In this document: one piece after another, positions 49,727 through 60,662 of the stretch
How positions within the stretch are numbered: position 1 is the first letter of the stretch
Layout: the number at the start of each line of letters is the position of its first letter
The notes under the pieces: generated by a model
What the model was told of the DNA's origin: nothing
Databases searched by the model: none
What the model saw: only the letters and a program-made list of their open reading frames with translations
NCBI GenBank assembly: GCA_963789955.1
Contig: CAWBMV010000001.1
Coordinates: forward strand, 352,001 to 416,000
Direction: 5' to 3'
DNA from: an uncultured Candidatus Rokubacteria bacterium
GTDB taxonomy: Bacteria; Methylomirabilota; Methylomirabilia; Rokubacteriales; CSP1-6
Length of the DNA: 64,000 nucleotides
Made by a program: the position numbers and the translations under genes

Positions 49727-51680
49727 ATGTGCGGCATCGCCGGCATCGTCAGGCTCGAACCCGCGCGAGCGCGTGGACGAGGCGCGCGCTGAAGCGCATG
49801 CGCGACGTCGCTGCGCCACCGCGGCCCGGACGGCGAGGGCCTGTGGATCGACGGGCCGGTCGGGCTCGGCCACCGGCGGCTCGCGATCGTCGACGTCGCC
49901 GGCGGCGCATCAGCCGATGACGAACGAGGACGGACGCGTCTGGATCATCTTCAACGGCGAGATCTACAACCACGCCGACGCTGCGGCCCGGGCTCGAGGC
50001 GCGCGGCCATCGCTACCGCACGCGCAGCGACACCGAGACGATCCTGCATCTCTACGAGGAGGAGGGCGAGCGCTGCGTCGAGCGGCTCGCAGGGCATGTT
50101 CGCGTTCGCCATCTGGGACCGGCCGCGCGGCGCGGCTGCTGCTCGCGCGCGACCGCCTCGGCATCAAGCCGCTCTACTACGCGCGTGACCGACCGACGAG
50201 CTGCTCTTCGCCTCGGAGATCAAGGCGATCCTCGCCGCCGGCGGCGTCCGGCCCGCGCTCAACGACCGCGGTCCTGCCCGAGTTCCTCGCCACGCGCTTC
50301 GTCTCCGGCGAGGAGACGTTCTTCCGCGGGCATCCGCAAGCTCGCTGCCCGGCCACACGCTGACCTGGTCGCCGGCGAGGGCGTCGCGCGACGCGCCGCT
50401 ACTGGCAGCTTGCCGGCCGCGGCTGGACGACGCGCGCGCGCCGGGCTCGAGGAGCGCGCGGCGGAGCTGCGCGGCGCGGCTCGAGGCCGCGGTGCGGAGC
50501 CACCTGATGAGCGACGTGCCGCTCGGGCTCTTCCTGTCGGGCGGCATCGACTCGAGCGGGCTCGCCGCGCTGATGGCGCCGCATGGTCGAGCGAGCCGAT
50601 CCGCACCTTCTCGGTGGGCTTCGCCGAGCGCCGAGGCCAACGAGCTCGCGCTACGCGCGCCTGGCGGCGCGCGCGGTCGGGCGCCGAGCACCGCGAGGTC
50701 GTCGTCTCGCCCGAGCGAGTTCTTCGCAGGCGCTGCCCGCGGCTCGATCTGGCACGAGGACGAGCCGATCGCGTTCCCGTCGAGCGTGCCGCTCTACTTC
50801 GTCTCGCGGCTGGCGCGGCGAGCACGTGAAGGTGGTGCTCACCGGCGAGGGCGCCGACGAGCTGTTCCTCGGCTACAACCGCTACCGCGTCACGGCCTGG
50901 AACGAGCGGCTCGGCCGCGCCTACGGGCGCGCTGACGCCGCGCGGCGCTGCGCCGGCGTTCGCCGCGATCGCTCGGCCGCGCTGCCGCGGCGCGCTCCGC
51001 CGCTACGCCGAGCCGGACGCTTCCTCGGCGCTCGACGCCGGGCCCGCGGGCGCTCTTCTGCGAGAACTTCGCCGTCTTCCCGACCGCGCTGCAGCGCGAC
51101 CTGCTCGCGGACCGGACCTGCTCGGCGGCGCGCGATCCCTACGCGAGCGCGCTGCGGTCGCTACGACGACGGCGCCGGGCGGCGACGCTCGATCGGATGA
51201 GCCGCGCCGATCTGCAGACGTATCTGGTCGAGCTCCTGATGAAGCAGGACCAGATGAGCATGGCCGCGTCGATCGAGAGCCGCGTGCCGTTCCTCGACCA
51301 CGAGCTGGTCGAGCACGTGGCCGCGATGCCCGGCCGGCTTCAAGCTCCGCGGGCTGGCGGACCAAGGCCGTCCTGCGCGAGGCGCTGCGCGGACGTGCGT
51401 GCCGCCGGAGATCCTCACCCGGCGCAAGATGGGCTTCCCGGTGCCGGTCGGGCCGCTGGCTGCGCGGGCCGTTCTGGCCGCTCGTCGAGGAGCTCGTGCT
51501 CGGGCCGCGCGCGCTCGCGCGCGGGCTCTTCGACCCGGCCGCGCTGCGGCGGCTCGCCGAGGAGCATCGCGCGCGGCGCCGCCGAGCACGGCGACCGGCT
51601 CTGGCTGCTCGTCAACCTCGAGATCTGGCAGCGGATCTTCCTCGACGGCGACGAGCCGGCCGCGATCACGGACGGCCTGA
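49727..51680 (+). CDS. asnB: Asparagine synthase (glutamine-hydrolysing)-like amidotransferase; many frameshifts
   Basis: [71 protein letters not shown]. Confidence 0.88.
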
Positions 51681-51686
51681 GCGCGC

Positions 51687-52936
51687 ATGCGCATCCTCTG
51701 GGTGAAGGTCGGGCGGGCTCTGGCCGCTCAACACGGGCGGCCGCCTCCGCAGCTTCCACACGCATCGCGCGAGCTGTCGCGGCGGCACCGGGTCACGCGT
51801 CGCTGACGACCCACGCGCCGCGGCGAGAGCCGCGGCGAGCTCGCGGCGCGCGCTCCCGCGCTGCGAGCGGGTCGTCTCGGTCCCGCACGCGCTCGCCAAG
51901 CAGGGCAGCGCCGCGCTTCGCCGCTGGCGCTGGCCCGCTCGTGGCTCTCGCCGCTGCCGGTCGATCTCTGGCAAGGCGCGCGTCCCGGCGCTCGGCCGCG
52001 AGGTCGCGCGGCGGCTCGCGCGCGGCGAGCGTCGACGTCTGCGTCGCGGACTTCCTCGCCGGCGGCGCCGAACGTGCCGCTCGGCGGCCGCGTCGCCGAT
52101 CGTCCTCTTCGCAGCACAACGTCGAGCACATGATCTGGAAGCGGCTCGCGCGAGGTCGAGCGCCGCCGCTGGCGGCGGGCGCTGCTCGAGCTCGAGTGGC
52201 GGAAGATGCGCCGCTACGAGGCGCGCGCGTGCGCGCGCGCGCGCGCTGACGGTCGCGGTCTCCGACGCCGACCGCGCGACTGCTCGCCGCCGCTGGCGCC
52301 GGGCGCCGGCGTCCGTGCCGATCCCGACCGGCGTCGACACGGCCTACTTCGCGCCGAACGGCGACGCGCGAGATCCCGGCGCCGGCTCGTCTTCACCGGG
52401 TCGATGGACTGGTATCCGAACGAGGACGCCGATCGCTGCACTTCATCGACGACGATCCTGCCGCGCGATCCGGCGCGCGGTGCCGGACGTCGTCGCTGAC
52501 CGTCGTCGGCCGCAACCCGAGCGACCGCGCTGCGCGCCGCCGCGGCGGCGGCCGGCGTTCAGCGTCACCGGCACGGTCGACGACGTCCGCCCGTACGTGG
52601 CGGAGGCGGCGGTGCTACGTCGTGCCGCTGCGCGTCGGCGGCGGGACCCGGCTGAAGATCTTCGAGGCGCTCGCGATGGGCAAGGCGGTCGTCTCCACGA
52701 CGGTGGGGGCCGAGGGGCTGCCGCTCGTGCCCGGCGAGCACTTCCTGCAGGCCGACGAGCCGGCCGACGTTCGCGCGCGCCGTCGTCGGCGCTGCTGCGA
52801 GATCCCGGCCCGCCGCCGGGCGCTCGGCGCGGCGGGCCGCCGGCTCGTGCGAGGAGCGCTACTCGTGGGCGCAGGTGGCGCGCGAATTCGAGACGCCGAC
52901 GTGCGAGGAGGTGCGTGGCGCGACCATGCGCGTTAG
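51687..52936 (+). CDS. Glycosyltransferase family 4 (many frameshifts; end approximate)
   Basis: MRILWVK, HNVEHMIWKR, IPTGVD, FTGSMDWYPNED, GTVDDVRPY, PLRVGGGTRLKIFEALAMG. Confidence 0.82.
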
Positions 52937-54250
52937 CGTGTTCGGTCTCGGCTACGTCGGGTGTGTCACGGCCGCGTGCCTGGCGAAGGCCGGGCACGAG
53001 GTGGTCGGCGTCGACGTGAATCGCCGAGAAGGTCGCGATGATCAACGCGGCGACGCTCGCCGATCGTCGAGCCCGGGCTCGGCGATCTCCTCGCGCGAGG
53101 TCGTCGGCGACGGGACGCCTGCGCGCCACGACGTCGACGCGACGAGGCGGTCGCCGGCGTCGGACCTCGCCCTGATCTGCGTCGGCACGCCGAGCCGCGC
53201 GCAACGGCCAGCTCGACATCGACGCCGTCGCGCGCGTCGGGCGAGGAGCATCGGCCACGCCGCTGCGGCGAGCGCGCGGAGCCCTACACGGTGGTGCTCC
53301 GGAGCACCGTCCTGCCGGGCACGACCGAGCAGCGCCTCGTGCCCGCACTCGCTCGCCGGCGCCGGCGGCCGCTGCGGGCTGACTCGGGTCGCGGTGAACC
53401 CGGAGTTCATGCGCGAGGGCTCGTCGCTCCGGGACTTCGCCCAGCCTCCGATGACCCTGGTCGGGCTGCGGACGACCCGGCGACGGCCGCGCGTCTCGCG
53501 CGCGCTCTACGCAGCGCGTCGAGGCGCCGTTCGTGCACGACCTCGATCCGCACGGCCGAGATGGCGAAGTACGTCTCCAACGCCTTCCACGCGCTCAAGG
53601 TGTGCTTCGCCAACGAGATCGGCGACGTCTGCGCGGCGCTCGGCGCCGACGCGCAGGAGGTGATGCGCGTCTTCCTGATGGACCGGAAGCTCAACGTGTC
53701 GGAGGCCTATCTGCGGCCGGGCTTCGCCTTCGGCGGCTCCTGCCTGCCCAAGGACGTGCGCGCGCTGCTCTACGCCGCGCGGGTCGCCGACGTGTCGCCG
53801 CCGCTGCTCGGCGTCGATCCTGCCCTCGAACGAGGGGCAGGTCCGCCGCGGCGTCGAGCCGCGTGCTGGCGACCCGGCGGCGGCGGGTCGGCGTCGTCGG
53901 GCTCGCCTTCAAGCCGGGAACCGACGACCTGCGCGAGAGCCCGATGGTGACGCTGGTCGAGACGCTCATCGGCAAGGGCTGCGACGTGCGGATCCTCGAT
54001 CGCAACGTCGCGATCGCCCGACTCGTCGGCGCGAACCGCCGCTACATCGAGGAAGAGATCCCGCACATCGCTTCGCTGATGTGCGACGAGCGCGGAGGCC
54101 TTGCTGGCCCACGCCGAGGTGCTCGTGATCGGCAACGCGGGCGAGGACTCGGCCGCGGTGCTGGCCGCGGCCCGGCCCGAGCACGTCATGATCGACCTCA
54201 CGCGAGGCCATGCGACGCGACCGACGTCGCGGGGTACCGCGGGGAGCTGA
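52926..54250 (+). CDS. GDP-mannose/UDP-glucose 6-dehydrogenase (AlgD-like); frameshifts
   Basis: MRVSVFGLGYVGCV, ICVGTP, RSTVLPGTT, NPEFMREG, KLNVSEAYLRPGFAFGGSCLPKD, GTDDLRESP. Confidence 0.88.
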
Positions 54251-54254
54251 CCGG

Positions 54255-55855
54255 ATGCCGCCGACCACCGGCGCCTTTGCCGTCGTTTCGCTGCTGCTTG
54301 TCCTCGCCGTGTCGGCCGCCAATCCGGCCGAGGGGCCGGTCGCGCCCAGCCGCCGTCGGCGACGGTCGACACGGCGATGGCCGAGCCGTCGGGCCGCACC
54401 ATCGCCGTGCCAGCGGGCGGCGATCTACAGACGGCGCTCGACCATGCCAAGCCGGGCGACGTCGTCACGCTCGAGCCCGGCGCGGTCTATCGAGGACCGT
54501 TCACGTTGCCGAAGAAGTCCGGCTCCGGCTGGATCGTCATTCGCACCCGCCGGTGACGGAGATTCCTCCAGCGGGGACACGGATCGATCCGTCGTCAGGC
54601 CCGCGCTCATGCCGAAGCTCGTGGCCTCGATCCGGCTCGGTCGTTCGGACCGCGCCGGGCGCGCATCACTACCGCTTCGTCGGGCTCGAGATCCAGCCGG
54701 CCGAGGGCGTCTTTCTCTACAACCTCGTCGAGCTCGGGTCCGCCGAGACCTCGGCGGACGCGCTGCCGCACCACGTGATCGTCGACCGGTGCTTCATCCA
54801 CGGGGACCCGCGCCGCGGAACTCGACGCGGCATGGCGCTCAACGCCGCGCACGGCGCGGTGATCGACTCGTACGTCGCCGATTTCAAGGAAGCCGGGGCA
54901 GACTCGCAGGCGATCGCGGGCTGGAACGGGCCCGGCCCCTTCAAGATCGTCAACAACTACCTCGAGGGCGCGGGCGAGAACATCATGTTCGGCGGGGCCG
55001 ATCCGTCGATCCGCGACCTCGTGCCCTCCGATATCGAGGTCCTGCGCAACCACGTCGCCAAATCCCTGGCCTGGAAGGCCGGCGAGCCCGGGTACGCGGG
55101 CACCGCCTGGACCGTGAAGAACCTGTTCGAGCTCAAGAACGCGCGGCGCGTGCTCGTCGAAGGCAATCTCTTCGAGAACAACTGGGTCCAGGCCCAGATC
55201 GGCTTCGCGATGCGTCCTGACCGTGCGCAATCAGGACGGGCGCGCGCCGTGGTCAGTCGTCGAGGATGTGACCTTCGTCAACAACGTGGTGCGGGCCTCG
55301 ACGTCTGGCGTGAACATCCTCGGCCGCGACGACAACCACCCGAGCCAGCCGACGAAGCGCATCGTGATCCGGAACAACCTCTTCGTCGACGTCGGCGGAC
55401 CTCGCTGGGGTGGCGAGGGGAGGCTCTTCCAGATCGTCGACGGCACAGCATCTGTCGTCATCGACCACAACACGGCGATCCACGCCGGCAGCATCATCAT
55501 CGCCGAAGGACCGCCCCACCGCGACTTCGTCTTCACCGACAACATCGTCGCGCACAACACGTACGGCATCGCCGGCACCGACGTTGGGACCGGAACTCAG
55601 GCCCTGGACGCGCTGTTCCCCGGCGCCGTGGTGCGCCGCAACGTGATCGTCGGCGGAAGCTCGGCACAGTATCCGCGCGACAACTTCTTCGTCGGCTCCT
55701 GGGCGCAGGTCAAGTTCGAGGACCTGTCCCAGGGCCGGCTTCGTCTGACCGATGGCAGCCCCTTTCGACGCGCCGGCCTGGACGGGACCGACGTCGGCGT
55801 CGACGACCACACGTTGCGGGAGTCCGTCCGCCCAGGAGGTGATGGCCGCCGATAG
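54255..55855 (+). CDS. Secreted right-handed beta-helix (pectate-lyase-fold) protein; frameshifts
   Basis: Signal-like N-terminus; DRCFIHGD, DSQAIAGWNGPGPFKIVNNYLEGAGENIMFGG, VKNLFELKNA, DHNT, FTDNI. Confidence 0.75.
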
Positions 55856-55918
55856 AGCCGGACAGCGCGCCAGTCCCAGCCCCGCGGCGCTGCTCCAGCC
55901 GTTCCTGGCCCACCTGCA

Positions 55919-56128
55919 ATGATCGCGAGAGACAAGGTTGCGGCGTTTCTGCTGGCCCATCGGGGCCGGTTCTTCTGCGAGCGATGCCTCGGCCGCGCGG
56001 TCGGGATCGACCCGTCCACCGGGCACCGCGCAGCGACGCGGATCGCGCGCGCCGGCGGGTTCGTCCGTGAGTACGGCGTGTGCTCGGAGTGCGGCGAGAG
56101 CCGTCTGGTGACACGCGCGCCCTGCTGA
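55919..56128 (+). CDS. Small Cys4 zinc-finger protein (69 aa)
   Basis: FFCERCL ... GVCSECGESRLV two CxxC pairs around a helix-turn-helix-like stretch. Confidence 0.65.
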   Translation: MIARDKVAAFLLAHRGRFFCERCLGRAVGIDPSTGHRAATRIARAGGFVREYGVCSECGESRLVTRAPC

Positions 56129-56253
56129 GTTGCCTCTCCGGACTTTCCCTGCGCCGATCCCGGGCTTCCCCGTATTGGCCCTCGGTCGTCGTCCCGTACT
56201 GTGGAACCGGGCGCGGCGGAGGCGCTCCAGAGGCGGAGCATTGGTGAGCTTTG

Positions 56254-58105
56254 ATGGCGACAGTAGCCGGTCGGCGGGCTGAATCTCGGGTAGACGTCGA
56301 CGACGCCGCCCGCCCCCTGGCATGGCCCTCGCTGCCGCGGACGACATGGAAGCTCGTGGCCCTCGCCGGGGTCTACTTCGTCGCCGGAAAGCTCGGGCTC
56401 TCGCTCGCCTTCGTCCACGCCAGCGCGACGGCCGTGTGGCCGCCGACGGGCATCGCGCTGGCGGCGCTCCTCCTGTACGGCAATCATATGTGGCCCGCGG
56501 TCTTCCTCGGCGCGTTCCTGGTGAACGTGACGACGGCCGGATCGATCGCGTCGTCCCTCGGCATCGCCGCCGGCAACACCCTCGAGGCGCTCCTGGGCGT
56601 CTGGCTGGTCAAGCGCTGGGCCGGCGGCCGCGAGGTCTTTCTCCGCGCTCGGAGCTTCTTCGCGTTCGCGCTGCTGGCGGGGGGTGTCGCGACGGCCGTG
56701 AGCGCGAGCCTCGGCGTGACCAGCCTGGCGCTCGCCGGGCTGGCTCACTGGCCACGCTTCGGCGAGATCTGGCTGACGTGGTGGCTGGGCGACATGGCGG
56801 GAGCGCTCGTGGTGGCGCCGGTCCTCTTCCTGTGGGCGGCGCCGGATCGGACGAGGCGGCTCACGCGACCAGGAGCGATCGAGCTCGCACTGGTGCTGGC
56901 GTCGGTCGTCCTCGTCGGCGCCTTCGTGTTCGATGGGCTCGCCCCCGCACGGATGAGCGGCTATCCGCTCGAGTTTCTCTGCGTCCCACCCCTCGTGTAC
57001 GCCGCGTTTCGCTTCGGCCAGCGCGATGCCGCGACGTGCGTGGCGCTGCTCGCCGCCCTGGCGATCCTGGGCACCCTGGGGGGCCACGGCCCGTTCGCGC
57101 GCGACTCGCCAGAACGAGTCCCTGCTCCTGCTGCAAGCGTTCCTGGTGACCCTGACGATCGTGACGATTCCCCTGGCGGCTGTTGTTCGCGAGCACGCGC
57201 GCAGCCAGACGGCGCTCGCCAGCACCGCGGCCATCGTGGCCTCCTCGGACGACGCCATCATCGGCAAGACGCTCGACGGCATCATCACCTCCTGGAACGA
57301 GGGGGCCGAGCGGCTCTACGGCTACACGGCGGGCGAAGCCGTTGGGCGGCCGATCTCGTTAGTCATCCCCCCCGACCTCGGCCACGAGCTGCCGGAGATC
57401 CTCGATCAGCTCCGGCGGGGCGAGCGGATCGAGCACTTCGAGACCGTGCGGCTGGCCAAGAGAGGCCGCCGCATCGACGTGTCGGTCACGGTCTCGCCGG
57501 TCCGGGACGCGAGCGATCGGATCATCGGCGCCTCGTCGATCGCGCGCGACATCACCCATCGCAAGCAGATCGAGGCGACGCGGCGCGAGCGCGACACCTT
57601 GCGCTCGGTCGCGAGCCTGGCCGCGGGCGCGGCGCACGAGATCAACAACCCGCTGGCGGTCGTCATGGGGCAGGTGCAGCTCCTGACCGACGAGGTCGTC
57701 GGGCCTTCACGCCAGCGCATCGCCGAGATCCTCGAGGCGATCGATCGAATTCGCGCGATCGTCGCCCGCATGCGGCACCTGACGCGCGTCGAGCTCATGG
57801 AGGACGTCCCCGGTCTTCCGCCGATGCTGGACCTCAGACGATCGAGCGAGACGGAGGCCGACGAACGATCGGCCGCCGGCGGCGGCTGTATCGTCATCGT
57901 CGCGCGCGGGAGGCCGGCGCGCTACGAGAGTCTCCACAGCATGTTCGCCGGCCCCACCACCGACGTGATCGTCGATCGGCGGATGGGCGAGCGGCGTCGC
58001 TCGGCGGCCGATGCGGCGGGCGGGCGGCGGCGGAACAGCCGGCGCCAGCGTGATATCAGTACCGATCTTCGGACGCGCGGCTGGGCGCTGGTGATGCGCT
58101 CGTAG
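56254..58105 (+). CDS. MASE1-PAS-HisKA protein without HATPase domain, with Arg-rich C-terminal module; frameshift near 57110
   Basis: MASE1 (VWPPTGIALA, GNTLEA, WWLGD), PAS (SSDDAIIGKTLDGIITSWN), AHEINNPL; no N/G boxes follow. Confidence 0.82.
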
Positions 58106-58275
58106 GGGTCCGTGAGGGTTTCGCCGCTGTCAGATTCCTGAAGCGCACTGTCATCTCGTCGACTCCACGCGGCTCCGACGTGTCTCCCCGCGCCCTCGGC
58201 CCGATCGCTCGGCTCCCGCCGATGCGACGCAATTTCCAGATCTTCAACCCATTGCCGGCGCGGCCCCGCGGCGAA

Positions 58276-58291
58276 TGGCATCATCGATGCT
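58276..58291 (+). promoter_or_regulatory. Sigma-54 promoter
   Basis: TGGCATCATCGATGCT, GG-N10-GC, 24 nt before the ATG at 58316. Confidence 0.6.
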
Positions 58292-58315
58292 CTCGCTTGC
58301 CCGGAAGGCACGACA

Positions 58316-59923
58316 ATGAACATGGATTCACGAGAACGACCGCAGGGAGAGTTCATGGTGCCGGAGCCGTTCCGCGACGCCAGGATCCTCATCGTCGACG
58401 ACGAGCGGTCGATGGTGCGTCTCCTGGAGGAGCTGCTCGGCCACGCCGGCTATCGGCACCTCCGGAGCACGAGCGACTCACGCGAGGTGCTCGGGCTCTG
58501 CGCCGAGTTCCAGCCCGATGTGATCCTGCTGGATCTGCGCATGCCCAACCTCGACGGCGTTCAGGTGCTGCGAGGCCTCAAGCCGCGGCGGGCCGAGGCC
58601 TATCTGCCCGTGCTCGTGCTGACCGCCGACGTATCGCGCGAGAGCAAGCGAGCGGCGCTCGACGCCGGCGCGAGCGATTTCGTCACCAAGCCCTTCGAGC
58701 AGATCGAGCTGCTCCTGCGCGTGCGCAATCTGATCGAGATGCGATTTCTCCACAAGGACCTTCGCCGGCAGAACGAAGACCTGGAAACGCAGGTCGAGGA
58801 GCGCACGCATCAGCTGCTCGAAGCCGAGAAGCTCGCGACGATGGGAAATCTCCTCGCCGGCGTCGCCCACGAGCTCAACAGCCCGCTGTCGGTCATTCTC
58901 GGGCAGGTCGGCCTGTTCAAGACCACCGGCGTCGATCCCAACGCGCGGGCCCGCGTCAAGGACATCGGCGAGGCCGCCGAGCGCTGCGTGCGAATCGTTC
59001 GCAGCTTCCTGACGATGGCCCGACGCCATCCGCCGGAGCGGGGACACGTGTCGCTGAATCACCTGCTGAGAGACGTGGTGGAGCTTCTGGCCTTCGAGCT
59101 CCGCATCGCGAACGTCGAGGTCGAGTTCGACCTCGAGAAGGATCTGCCGCTGGTGTGGGCCGATGCGCATCAGCTCAAGCAGGTCGTCGTGAACCTGGTC
59201 ACGAATGCGCGGCAGGCGGTGCAGGACGCGGCCCCGCCACGCCGCTTGACGCTCAGGACGCGCCACGACGCGGACAACCAGCGAGTGCGGATCGAGGTCG
59301 CCGACAGCGGCCCGGGAGTTTCGCGCGAGATTCGCGCGCGGGTCTTCGACCCGTTCTTCACGACCAAACCCGACGGCGAGGGCACCGGGCTCGGGTTGGC
59401 GCTGGCCCGCGGCATCGTCGAGGGCCACGGCGGCGCGATCGCCGTCGAGTCGTCACCGGGGGAAGGCGCCAGGTTCGTCATCGAGCTGCCCGTGGGCACA
59501 CCACCGGGAGCCGCCGACGAGCGCGACGACCTCGTCGCCGCGTCGCCGGTGCCGGGCAAGAGCATCCTGGTCGTCGACGACGAGCCGGCCGTCGCGTCGC
59601 TGCTGGCCGAGGCGCTGGCGCGGGACGGCTACAAGGTCGACATGGCCTCGAACGGCGCGGTCGCGCTGCGCATGCTCGGGGCCCGTGACTACGACCTGAT
59701 CATGAGCGACAGCGGTATGCCCGTGCTGAGCGGGCCGGAGCTCTATCGCGAGGTCGAGCGTCGCGAGCCGCGTTTGTCCCGGCGGTTCGTCTTCGTCACC
59801 GGGGACATCCTGAATCCGCGAACGCAGGCGTTCCTGACCCGGACCGGCGCGCCGCAGCTCGAGAAGCCGTTCACTGTCGAGAGCGTCAAGCGCGTCGTCC
59901 GACGCGCGCTCCTCGCCGAGTAG
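58316..59923 (+). CDS. Hybrid REC-HisKA-HATPase-REC kinase
   Basis: ILIVDDE..LLDLRMP; VAHELNSPL; NLVTNA, DSGPG, FDPFFTTK, GTGLGL; second receiver ILVVDDE..LEKPF. Confidence 0.93.
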   Translation: MNMDSRERPQGEFMVPEPFRDARILIVDDERSMVRLLEELLGHAGYRHLRSTSDSREVLGLCAEFQPDVILLDLRMPNLDGVQVLRGLKPRRAEAYLPVLVLTADVSRESKRAALDAGASDFVTKPFEQIELLLRVRNLIEMRFLHKDLRRQNEDLETQVEERTHQLLEAEKLATMGNLLAGVAHELNSPLSVILGQVGLFKTTGVDPNARARVKDIGEAAERCVRIVRSFLTMARRHPPERGHVSLNHLLRDVVELLAFELRIANVEVEFDLEKDLPLVWADAHQLKQVVVNLVTNARQAVQDAAPPRRLTLRTRHDADNQRVRIEVADSGPGVSREIRARVFDPFFTTKPDGEGTGLGLALARGIVEGHGGAIAVESSPGEGARFVIELPVGTPPGAADERDDLVAASPVPGKSILVVDDEPAVASLLAEALARDGYKVDMASNGAVALRMLGARDYDLIMSDSGMPVLSGPELYREVERREPRLSRRFVFVTGDILNPRTQAFLTRTGAPQLEKPFTVESVKRVVRRALLAE

Positions 59924-59938
59924 CCGGCCGACCGCCGG

Positions 59939-60619
59939 CTAGACCTTCCACCCCCACCGGACCGCCGAGCGGTAGAGCCAGCCGGTGCGGGATCTGAGCA
60001 TTGCCATGCCCCGTGCCCCTTTGAAGGCGTCGAACGTGACGAGCCGCCCTTGAGGCGCCAGCGCCCCGAGATCGAGATGGAAGCGGAACCAGATCGTGCC
60101 GAAGAGGCCGATCGCCGCCACCGAGCGCGCCGAGTCGAACATCAGCACGTGCCAGTTGGCCGACGGCGACTGCCGGGCCGGAGTGACCTCCCAGCAGGGT
60201 GGCCAGAGCTCGGCGTCGTCGTTCATCAGGTGGCGGCGGAGCTTCTCGGCCGGAGGGCTCGAGAGGATGGTCTGGCCGAGCTCGAGCAAGAGATAGCAAT
60301 AGAGGATCTTCGCCGCCGCCCGGTAGGCGCGGCGCCAGTCGTCTGGTGACGCGTCCGCGGGCGGTTGGTCGGGTGCCGGGCGCGACCGACCATGCGCGCG
60401 ACGCCGGGGAGATTTGGCCGTCATCGCCGCGACCGTGAGCGCGAACCGTGTCGCGAGAAAATCGTCGGTCAGCCCCCGCACACGGGCCGCGCAGTCGGGA
60501 CAGGTGGCGCGCTTCAGCGCGAGCCGGCCCCCCAGGGCGACCGGCAAGACGGGCTCGGCGGTCAGAGACGCGGCTCTGAAGACGGTGCGGCAATAGATGC
60601 AGGCGCGCTGGCGTGTCAT
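59939..60619 (-). CDS. HNH-endonuclease-like (HNH_5-type) protein with apparently degenerate active site
   Basis: CIYC...TAEPVLPVALGG...TCPDCAA versus typical CxxC...EHxxPxxLGG...CxxCN; GAAAGG RBS. Confidence 0.6.
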   Translation of the reverse strand: MTRQRACIYCRTVFRAASLTAEPVLPVALGGRLALKRATCPDCAARVRGLTDDFLATRFALTVAAMTAKSPRRRAHGRSRPAPDQPPADASPDDWRRAYRAAAKILYCYLLLELGQTILSSPPAEKLRRHLMNDDAELWPPCWEVTPARQSPSANWHVLMFDSARSVAAIGLFGTIWFRFHLDLGALAPQGRLVTFDAFKGARGMAMLRSRTGWLYRSAVRWGWKV

Positions 60620-60646
60620 CGATTCGCCTTTCAGCGCCGGTGGAGG

Positions 60647-60662
60647 TGCACGGCAAATGCCA
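60647..60662 (-). promoter_or_regulatory. Sigma-54 promoter
   Basis: Minus strand TGGCATTTGCCGTGCA, GG-N10-GC, 27 nt upstream of the ATG at 60619. Confidence 0.6.

Noticed and set aside
43396..54600. Programmed frameshifting or phase variation
   Set aside because: Indels are too many and scattered, without consistent slippery tracts; sequencing error is more parsimonious.
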